Of a DNA stretch of 64,000 bases, positions 29,476 to 36,798 are shown piece by piece; positions within the stretch are counted from its first letter, which is position 1; each line of letters opens with the position of its first letter. Location of the stretch: positions 395,240 to 459,239 of the forward strand of contig CBDIIB010000002.1 of the NCBI GenBank assembly GCA_965279525.1. Direction: 5' to 3'. Origin of the DNA: Tagaea sp. (GTDB lineage: Bacteria > Pseudomonadota > Alphaproteobacteria > CACIAM-22H2). Below the pieces are notes generated by a model. That model worked only from the letters and a program-made list of their open reading frames with translations. It was not told the origin of the DNA and did not search any database. The translations under genes and the position numbers were made by a program.

Positions 29476-30200
29476 GCCGCCACCAGTTCGCCGACCGGTT
29501 CGCCACGCTCGGCGGCCCGTTCGAGCGCCGGCCATTCGCGTGCCGGGACCTCGTGGAAGCTGACCTGGTCGCCGGTGCCCATCAGGAACATCGGATCGCG
29601 GCCCGGATGGAAGTTGCGCATCGGCGTGCGGCCGAGAACGTGCCAGCCGCTCGGGGCGGCCTGGCACTGGATGCAGGCCTGCACGCCGCCGATCATGATG
29701 GCGCCGGCCGGCGTGACCGCGCGCGGCGCGTCGCGCCTTGGCGTGGCGATCGCGGGATCGAGGCCGCCCAGATAGGCGAAACCCGGCGTGAAGCCGATCA
29801 TGTAGATGCGGTAATCGCCGGCGACATGGCGGGCGATCAGTTCGCGCGTGGTGATGGCGTGCCGGCGGGCGACCGCGTCGATATCCATGCCGGCCTCGCC
29901 GCCATAGACGACGGGGACCCGCCAGCGCCGGCCGTTCGCCGGCTGCGGCTGCGCGTGCGTGGCGATCGTGCGCAGGCTGGCGGCAAGTTCGGAGAAACCG
30001 GCCGCGACCGGATCGTAGCGGACGAACAGCGAGCGGTAGGTCGGGATCGTCTCGAGCACGCCGGCGACGGCGGCGCGCGTCACTGCGGCATCGAAACCGA
30101 GCACGCGCGCGTTGATCGCCGAATCGACCGTATCGCCGAACTCGACCGTCAGGGCTGCATCGCCGCAGGGCAGGATGCGGAACTTCGCTGGCAGGCTCAT
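29472..30200 (-). CDS. pxpB: 5-oxoprolinase subunit B (AHS1/KipI family)
   Basis: GDAALTVEFG, IPTYRSL, VPVVYG, MIGFTPGFAYLGGL, PSGWHVLGRT. Confidence 0.88.
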   Translation of the reverse strand: MSLPAKFRILPCGDAALTVEFGDTVDSAINARVLGFDAAVTRAAVAGVLETIPTYRSLFVRYDPVAAGFSELAASLRTIATHAQPQPANGRRWRVPVVYGGEAGMDIDAVARRHAITTRELIARHVAGDYRIYMIGFTPGFAYLGGLDPAIATPRRDAPRAVTPAGAIMIGGVQACIQCQAAPSGWHVLGRTPMRNFHPGRDPMFLMGTGDQVSFHEVPAREWPALERAAERGEPVGELVAA

Positions 30201-30281
30201 GGCAGGACCCCAGAAGACCATTTCGCCGCCGCGCGGTCTACTGCTCGACGGCCGGGCATCGATGCGGCACTGTGTCGTGGC

Positions 30282-30863
30282 ATGCTCCCGCCGCTCGCGA
30301 TCTCTCCCGACCGTTTCATCGCCTTTCCGTGGAAGAACGGGCAGGGGGTGACGATGGATATCGCGGCCGCCCATCGTGCCGGCGGCCGGCCGGGCGACTG
30401 GGAGACCGTCGTCTGGCGGTTCGGGCGCACCGGCATCGGCAAACCGGGACCGTTTTCCGAAATGGCCGGTTTCGAGCGCCTGCAGGTCGTGGTCAAGGGG
30501 CGGGGCCTTCGTCTGCGGGCGGCCGATGGCGGCGAGATCGACGTCCGCACGCCCTTCGTACCCGTCCGATTCGACGGCGCCACCCGGATCGATTCGGTCC
30601 TCGACGAGGGGCCGGTCGAAGTCGTCAACCTGATCGTCCGCCGCGATTTCGCGACCGGCGGACTGCTCGTCGCACCGGCCGGAACGGCTGCGGTGCTGGT
30701 GCCGGGCGTCCACGTCGTCTACGCGCCGGAAAGCGATCTGGCGCTTGTCCTCGACACGGTGGCGCACACGGTTCCCGCCGGCCATGCGCTGCGGTTCGAC
30801 GGCAGCCCGGCAGTCCGCATCGCCGCCGGCCGAGCCGTGATCGCGACGGTCGCGCCGAAATAG
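30282..30863 (+). CDS. HutD/Ves family protein
   Basis: PWKNGQGVTMDIA, WRF, GPFSEMAGFER, NLIVRR. Confidence 0.8.
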   Translation: MLPPLAISPDRFIAFPWKNGQGVTMDIAAAHRAGGRPGDWETVVWRFGRTGIGKPGPFSEMAGFERLQVVVKGRGLRLRAADGGEIDVRTPFVPVRFDGATRIDSVLDEGPVEVVNLIVRRDFATGGLLVAPAGTAAVLVPGVHVVYAPESDLALVLDTVAHTVPAGHALRFDGSPAVRIAAGRAVIATVAPK

Positions 30864-30867
30864 GACG

Positions 30868-32283
30868 TCAGCCCGGAACCTTGGGCGCCGTGCGGTGGTA
30901 TTGTGTCTCGCGCTCGAACGCGGCCCCCAACGCGAACAAAGTGGGCTCGTCGAACGGCCGGCCGCCGAGCTGCAGGCCCATCGGCAATCCCTGCGAGTCG
31001 AACCCGGCGGGGACCGAAAGGGCCGGCAGCCCCATCGCGTTGAACGGTCGCGACAGGCGCGTGAGCTTGCCCAGCGTCGCCGGCATCGCGTCGCTGTCGG
31101 CGACGTCGGTCGCCGCGATCGTCGGGACCGGAACGGCGCAGACAGGTGCCAGCACCGCGTCGCACTTGTCGAACACGTCGGAAAGGAAACGCGACAGCGT
31201 CGCCGCGCGGATGCGCTGCGCGTCGAGATAGGCGACCGCCGGCACGACCAGGCCCGGCAGCAGGCGTGCGCGGACCTGCGGCGAATATTCGTCGAGCCGC
31301 GTCTCGAGCCAGGGCCGGTGCGCCGAAGCACCCTCGGCCACCGTCACCAGGGCGCCGGCCGCGTTGACCGCCTCGAGATCGGGGATCCTGACGCGCGTGA
31401 CCGAAACGCCGAGCCGCGTGAACACGGCGACCGCATCGTCCAGCATCTTCGCGATGTCGGGATGGAGGTCTTCGTCGAAATAGCCGGTCGCGAGCCCCAG
31501 CCGCAAGCCCTTGACCGGACGGGCGCACGCCGCTTCGTAGTCCGGCACGGGCTCGCCCGCTGCCGTCGAATCTTCGCTGTCGGGTCCGGCAATGGCACCG
31601 AACAGGCGTGCGCAGTCGACGACCGTGCGCGCGAGCGGGCCGACCGTGTCCATCGTCCAGGAAAGCGTCATGGCGCCATGCCGGCTGACGCGGCCCCAGG
31701 TCGGCTTGATGCCGGCAAGGCCGTTGCAGAAGGCCGGCATGCGGATCGATCCGCCTGTATCCGAGCCCAGCGCCCCGAACACGAGCCGTGCCGCGACCGA
31801 AGCGCCGGACCCCGACGACGAGCCGCCGGTGATGTGCGCGGTGTTCCACGGGTTGCGGGCGTGGCCGAAATGATAGTTGTGGCCGGTCGGGCCGAAGGCG
31901 AATTCGGCCATGTTGAGCGTGCCGAGATCGACCGCACCGGCGGCGTCGAGACGCGCAAGTGCCGTGGCCGTGACGGACGGTTTCCAGTCGCGCCGGATCT
32001 TCGAGCCGCATGTCGCGGTCCGGCCGGCGCGGTAATACATGTCCTTGTGGGCGAGCGGCACGCCGTGAAGCCTGCCCGATCCTGGCTTTGCGTCGGCCGC
32101 CCGTGCGGTGGCAAGTGCGGCGTCGGCATCGAGTGCGATGAAGGCGTTGAGCGCCGGCTGCCAGGCCTTCGCGCGCGCGATGCATGCCGTGGTGATCTCG
32201 ACCGACGAGATCTTGCGTGCGCCGATCGCGTCGGCGATCTCGACCAGGGTGGCTTGCGTGGGATCGGCGGGCAGGGCGCTCAT
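30868..32283 (-). CDS. Amidase signature family enzyme (GatA/AtzE-like)
   Basis: LHGVPLAHKD, RNPWN...GGSSSGS, GSDTGGSIRMPA (Lys-cisSer-Ser triad), GLPMGLQL. Confidence 0.93.
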   Translation of the reverse strand: MSALPADPTQATLVEIADAIGARKISSVEITTACIARAKAWQPALNAFIALDADAALATARAADAKPGSGRLHGVPLAHKDMYYRAGRTATCGSKIRRDWKPSVTATALARLDAAGAVDLGTLNMAEFAFGPTGHNYHFGHARNPWNTAHITGGSSSGSGASVAARLVFGALGSDTGGSIRMPAFCNGLAGIKPTWGRVSRHGAMTLSWTMDTVGPLARTVVDCARLFGAIAGPDSEDSTAAGEPVPDYEAACARPVKGLRLGLATGYFDEDLHPDIAKMLDDAVAVFTRLGVSVTRVRIPDLEAVNAAGALVTVAEGASAHRPWLETRLDEYSPQVRARLLPGLVVPAVAYLDAQRIRAATLSRFLSDVFDKCDAVLAPVCAVPVPTIAATDVADSDAMPATLGKLTRLSRPFNAMGLPALSVPAGFDSQGLPMGLQLGGRPFDEPTLFALGAAFERETQYHRTAPKVPG

Positions 32284-32471
32284 GCGCGCTTGCCCTGCGA
32301 AAGGCCGCGCACGAGGTGCGACGGTTCGCTGTCGAAAGGAAGGTGGGTGCGCGCGACGACCGCGATCTGCGGCCCCGCGAGCGTCACCATGCGCGCCCGG
32401 TCGGCCGACGTGGTCGCGACATCGAGCAGTTCGGCGTTGGCGGCGGCGGTCTTGTCGTCGAGCGGGCGCAT
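32280..32471 (-). CDS. 63-aa small protein, putative amidase partner (GatC/AtzG-like position)
   Basis: Strong AAGGAGG RBS; stop overlaps the amidase start (ATGA); C-terminal LPFDSEP; sigma54 motif upstream. Confidence 0.7.
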   Translation of the reverse strand: MRPLDDKTAAANAELLDVATTSADRARMVTLAGPQIAVVARTHLPFDSEPSHLVRGLSQGKRA

Positions 32472-32510
32472 CCGGTCCTCCTTGGAGAGGCGGACCGGTG
32501 TTTCGCGCTA

Positions 32511-32526
32511 CGCAATCCGGATGCCG
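32511..32526 (-). promoter_or_regulatory. Sigma54 (-24/-12) promoter for the small protein-amidase operon
   Basis: Minus strand CGGCATCCGGATTGCG (GG-N10-GC), 39 nt upstream of ATG 32471. Confidence 0.6.
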
Positions 32527-32553
32527 CCGCCGGACAGTTTGGTCCGGCGGCGG
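32524..32553 (-). terminator. Stem-loop downstream of the DEAD-box helicase
   Basis: CCGCCGCCGGAC-AGTTTG-GTCCGGCGGCGG, 12-bp perfect stem about 20 nt after the stop. Confidence 0.55.
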
Positions 32554-32574
32554 ATCAGGCTCAAGAAGTTTGGA

Positions 32575-33798
32575 TCAGGCCGCGCGACGGACCGGGGCTT
32601 CGCCCGGCATTTCCAGACGCGGGATCTGCTTGCGGATCAGGCGCTCGATGTCGCGCAGGAAGCTGCGCTCCGACGGATCGCAAAGCGAGATCGCCGTGCC
32701 GTCGGCACCGGCGCGCGCCGTGCGGCCGATGCGGTGGACGTAGCTTTCCGCGACGTTCGGCAGGTCGTAGTTGATGACGTGGCCGACGGCATCGACGTCG
32801 ATGCCGCGTGCCGCGATGTCGGTCGCCACCAGGACGCGGCAGTTGCCGTTCTTGAAGGCGCCGAGGGCGCGCTCGCGCTGGCCCTGGCTCTTGTTGCCGT
32901 GGATCGCCTGGGCGGGGATGCCCGAGCGCTCGAGATGCTCGACCACGCGGTCGGCGCCGCGCTTGGTGCGCGCGAAGACGAGCGTGCGGCTCGTCGCGAC
33001 CTTCTTGAGAAGGTCGACGAGGACCTGGCGCTTCTTGGCGGCGTCGCAGAACACGACCTTCTGCTCGACGCGGGTGGCCGTCGTGGCGACGGGCGTGACC
33101 GCGACGCGCACGGGGTTGCGCAGCAGCTCGTCGGCGAGATTGCCGATTTCCTTGGGCATCGTGGCCGAGAAGAACAGGTTCTGGCGATCCTTGGGCAGCA
33201 GCGGGATCAGCTTGCGGATGTCGCGCATGAAGCCCAGATCGAGCATCTGGTCGGCCTCGTCGAGGACGAAGATCTCGGTCTTGTCGAGGCGCAGCGTGCC
33301 CTGGCTCAGATGGTCGAGCAGGCGGCCCGGCGTGGCGACGACGATGTCGACGCCGCTCTGCAGCTGGCGGGCCTGGGGCCCGAACGAGACGCCGCCATAG
33401 ACGACCGCGCCGCGGATCGGCAGTTCGCGCCCGTAGGCGCGGAAGCTGTCGGCGATCTGGCCGGCGAGTTCGCGCGTCGGCGACAGCACGAGCACGCGGC
33501 ACAGGCCACGGCCCGGACGCTGCTGGTTGGCCATCAGACGGTGGAGGATCGGGAGCGCGAAGGCGGCGGTCTTGCCGGTGCCGGTCTGCGCGATGCCGAG
33601 GAGGTCCTTGCCGGCCATCACCTGCGGGATTGCCTGCAGCTGGATCGGGGTCGGGGTCGTGTAACCCTCGGCGAGAACCGCCTTGAGGATCGGGCCGGAA
33701 AGGCCGAGCGTGTCGAAGGTGGGGCCGGCGGGCATGTGGATCGGGGTCGGGGTCGCGGTCTGGATCGCGGTGTTGTCGTTCTGGATGACTTCAGTCAC
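32575..33798 (-). CDS. rhlE: DEAD-box RNA helicase (RhlE-like)
   Basis: Q motif GYTTPTPIQ, AQTGTGKT, PTRELA, TPGRL, DEAD, SAT, ARGID, YVHRIGRTARAG. GTG start; alternative ATG at 33735. Confidence 0.92.
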   Translation of the reverse strand: MTEVIQNDNTAIQTATPTPIHMPAGPTFDTLGLSGPILKAVLAEGYTTPTPIQLQAIPQVMAGKDLLGIAQTGTGKTAAFALPILHRLMANQQRPGRGLCRVLVLSPTRELAGQIADSFRAYGRELPIRGAVVYGGVSFGPQARQLQSGVDIVVATPGRLLDHLSQGTLRLDKTEIFVLDEADQMLDLGFMRDIRKLIPLLPKDRQNLFFSATMPKEIGNLADELLRNPVRVAVTPVATTATRVEQKVVFCDAAKKRQVLVDLLKKVATSRTLVFARTKRGADRVVEHLERSGIPAQAIHGNKSQGQRERALGAFKNGNCRVLVATDIAARGIDVDAVGHVINYDLPNVAESYVHRIGRTARAGADGTAISLCDPSERSFLRDIERLIRKQIPRLEMPGEAPVRRAA

Positions 33799-34005
33799 TG
33801 AGTTCTCTTTTCGTCGAATATAGACAGTCGCGCGGCGGTCGCCCTCGCAAGGGTCGATGCCGTGTGCCACGGGGCTATCCGGTTCTGGGACCGCCCGTGC
33901 GTGTCCGGGCGAGGTGTCTTGGAGTGTCCGGCGGGTCGCGATCAACTCGTCGATCGCGCTCACGCGAGCCGGAAACCAAAGGCCGCACGAGGCGGCGCGA
34001 CACGG

Positions 34006-34034
34006 GTTATGCGTTGTGCGGTGCAATAAGTCAA
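34006..34034 (-). promoter_or_regulatory. Sigma70-type promoter of the helicase
   Basis: Minus strand TTGACT-N17-CATAAC. Confidence 0.65.
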
Positions 34035-34126
34035 GCGATGCGGGTATTTGGCTCCGCATGGCTGCCTTCCGCAGGGCGCAGGGTCGTGGATGTCGCCGGC
34101 AAAAGGGTTTGCTAGGCTGGCCGGCG

Positions 34127-35350
34127 ATGCCACTGGATATCGACCCGCGCGCAGCCGATTTCATTGCCGATCCCTATCCGGCGCTTGCGGCGATTCGCGG
34201 CGTCCAGCCGGTTTTCCGGTCTGCCGCTCTCGGTGGCTGGGTCGTCACGCGCCATGCCGACTGCAAGGCCCTGCTCAAGGATCCACGCCTTTCGGCCGAC
34301 CGCATGGGCCCGTTCTTCGGTCACATGCCGCCCGACCGGCGCGCGCGCGTCGAGCACCTCGAAGCCATGGTCACGCGTTGGGCCGTCTTCGTCGATCCGC
34401 CGGACCACACACGCCTGCGCGGCCTGATGAACAAGGCGTTCAGTCCGCGCGCGATCGACGGACTCGGCCCCCTCGTGGCGCGCCGCGTCGATGCGCTGAT
34501 CGACGCGTTCGCCGGACGCGAGCGGATCGACTTCATCCGCGACTTCGCCTATCCGCTTCCTGCGACCGTCATCGCCGACCTGCTCGGCGTGCCGCTCGAG
34601 GACGTGGACCTGCTCAAGCGCTGGTCGGACGATCTGGGTGCTTTCGTGCTGACCGCGCGCGCGACCCCCGACAAGTACGAACGCGCCGAGGCGGCCGCGC
34701 GCGAGATGGAAGGATATTTCGGCGATCTCGTCGCCGCGCGCCGCGTCAATCCGGGCGACGATGCCGCCTCGTGGATGATCGGCGCCGCCGACCGCGATGC
34801 GCGCATGTCGAGCGAGGAACTCGTCGCCACATGCGTGCTGCTGCTGTTCGCCGGCCACGAGACCACGACCCACCTTATCGGCAACGGCCTGTGGTCGCTG
34901 CTGACGCATCCCGAGCAGATGGCGCGTTTCCGCGATCAAGCGCACGACCTCGCTTTCGTCGAGGGTGCCGTCGAAGAGATGCTGCGCTGGGACGGCCCGA
35001 GCCTTGCCCAGGTGCGCGTGGCGCGCGACAGGCTCGACTGGCAGGGGGCGACGTTCGAGCCGGGCGACCGCATCTTCCTGATGCTGGCCGCGGCCGACCG
35101 CGATCCGGCGGTGTTTGCCGAGCCCGATCGATTCGATCTCGGGCGCGAGCCCAATCCGCATCTGGCGTTCGGGTTCGGCATCCATTTCTGCGTGGGTGCG
35201 CCGCTGGCGCGGCTGGAGGCGCGCATCGCGTTCCCGCGCCTGCTGGCACGTCTGCCGCACATGGCACTTGCGCCGCAGACGTTGCGCTGGTCGGACAATC
35301 TCGTCGTGCGCGGCCTGCATGCGCTCGAACTCGAACTTGGCAATCCCTAG
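34127..35350 (+). CDS. Cytochrome P450
   Basis: DPPDHTRLR, I-helix AGHETT, EMLR (ExxR), heme ligand FGFGIHFCVG. Confidence 0.95.
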   Translation: MPLDIDPRAADFIADPYPALAAIRGVQPVFRSAALGGWVVTRHADCKALLKDPRLSADRMGPFFGHMPPDRRARVEHLEAMVTRWAVFVDPPDHTRLRGLMNKAFSPRAIDGLGPLVARRVDALIDAFAGRERIDFIRDFAYPLPATVIADLLGVPLEDVDLLKRWSDDLGAFVLTARATPDKYERAEAAAREMEGYFGDLVAARRVNPGDDAASWMIGAADRDARMSSEELVATCVLLLFAGHETTTHLIGNGLWSLLTHPEQMARFRDQAHDLAFVEGAVEEMLRWDGPSLAQVRVARDRLDWQGATFEPGDRIFLMLAAADRDPAVFAEPDRFDLGREPNPHLAFGFGIHFCVGAPLARLEARIAFPRLLARLPHMALAPQTLRWSDNLVVRGLHALELELGNP

Positions 35351-35362
35351 GAACCGGACCCG

Positions 35363-36640
35363 ATGCGCGAGGCACTGAAAGTCTATCTGCCGATCGTCCT
35401 GCTCGTCGTCGCCGGATTCGCGGTGGCGCTCCGTTTCGTGGCGCCGCCGCCGCCCGACCGGATCGTTTTCGCCGCAGGTGCGCCGGGCGGATCATATCTC
35501 GAATTCGCAAGACGCTATGCCGAGGTCCTCGCCAAGGACCGGGTCATTCTCGAGATCGTCGAGACAGCCGGTGCCGTCGACAACCTGCACCGCCTGTCCG
35601 ACAGGACGACGCCGGTCGAGGTCGGGCTGATGCAGGGCGGAGTCGGTTCGGAAGAAGGCTCGCCGGGGCTCGTGGCGCTGGCGTCGGTCTTCTATGAGCC
35701 GGTCTGGCTGGTCCTTCGTACCGACCTCGATGTCGACAGGCTCTACGATCTTCGCGCACGGCGCATCGCGATCGGGCGCGACGGCTCGGGCACGCAGATC
35801 CTCGTGCGCCAGGTGCTGCGCGCCAACGGGCTCGACGTCACGCGCGATGTCGACGCGCGTCAGATCGGCACCGACGATTCGTTCGCCGCATTGCGCGGCG
35901 GCTTGATCGACGCGGCGTTCTTCGTCGCCGCTCGTGCGCCGGCTGCCCTCGTTGACCTGCTGGCCGAAGGCAAGCACCGGCTCTACAGTTTCGAGCGTCA
36001 CGCGGCCTATCGTCACAATTTCCCGTTTCTGGCGTCGATCACGCTGCCGGCGGGTGCTCTCGATCTCGCGCGCGACGTGCCGAACAACGACACGATCCTG
36101 CTGGCCCCCGTGGCGCAGATCGTCGCGCGCGAGGATTTCCATCCCGCACTCGTGCAGTTGCTCGTCAAGGCGGCGAAGGAAGTGCACGGGCCGCGGCAGA
36201 TCTTCGCGCCCGCCGGCGCGTTTCCGACGACGCGCTATGCCGACTTTCCGCTCCACGAGGACTCCGAACGGCTTATCGAGCGTGGCCCCAATTTCCTGGC
36301 ACGCTATCTGCCGTTCTGGGCGGCCGTGCTTGTCGAGCGCAGCCTCGTGATGCTGATCCCGTTCGTCACGTTGATGATCCCGCTCGCGCGCATCGCACCC
36401 CCGGCCTACCGCTGGCAGGTCCGGGCCAAGATCTTCTCGAAGTACAAGACGCTGCGGCGGATCGAATCCGAGCTGCGCGCGGCCACGACGCCGCTGCAGC
36501 GGGCGGCACTCCTGTCGGAGCTGGACGTACTACAAGCCGCTGCCGGCGCCCTGAAAGTCCCGTCCGGATATGCCGACATGCTGTTCAATCTGCGGCTCCA
36601 CATCCGGTTCGTCCGCGAAATCGTGGCCGAATCCCGGTGA
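35363..36640 (+). CDS. TAXI-family solute-binding protein with N- and C-terminal membrane segments
   Basis: AGAPGGSY, ETAGAVDN, QGG, YEPVW, IAIG..GSGT; hydrophobic N-terminus and LPFWAAVLVERSLVMLIPF segment. Confidence 0.8.
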   Translation: MREALKVYLPIVLLVVAGFAVALRFVAPPPPDRIVFAAGAPGGSYLEFARRYAEVLAKDRVILEIVETAGAVDNLHRLSDRTTPVEVGLMQGGVGSEEGSPGLVALASVFYEPVWLVLRTDLDVDRLYDLRARRIAIGRDGSGTQILVRQVLRANGLDVTRDVDARQIGTDDSFAALRGGLIDAAFFVAARAPAALVDLLAEGKHRLYSFERHAAYRHNFPFLASITLPAGALDLARDVPNNDTILLAPVAQIVAREDFHPALVQLLVKAAKEVHGPRQIFAPAGAFPTTRYADFPLHEDSERLIERGPNFLARYLPFWAAVLVERSLVMLIPFVTLMIPLARIAPPAYRWQVRAKIFSKYKTLRRIESELRAATTPLQRAALLSELDVLQAAAGALKVPSGYADMLFNLRLHIRFVREIVAESR

Positions 36641-36667
36641 ATATCTGCGTCAAAACAACGCAGTAGA

Positions 36668-36683
36668 TTAAATCCCGATTGAC
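36668..36683 (+). promoter_or_regulatory. CtrA-like box upstream of cheA
   Basis: TTAA-ATCCCGA-TTGAC versus consensus TTAA-N7-TTAAC; further half-sites at 36692-36735. Confidence 0.55.
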
Positions 36684-36798
36684 GTAGCAACGTAAACGGT
36701 TCGGTAACTCCGGTAAGGTTAAAACGGTTCCTGACGGTGAACTTGTCCATTCGCTTGGCGAATTCGCGGACGGGCCCGGGATGAGGACGGAGAGAAAA

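Noticed and set aside
30868-32471. Calling the pair gatC-gatA
   Set aside because: No gatB follows, the small protein is shorter than GatC and lacks its recognisable motifs, and a sigma54 motif argues against a housekeeping operon.
30895-33801. 968-aa plus-strand ORF
   Set aside because: Antisense shadow of the amidase, small protein and helicase; Arg/Ala-rich with no motifs. Long open antisense frames are expected with high GC3 codon bias.
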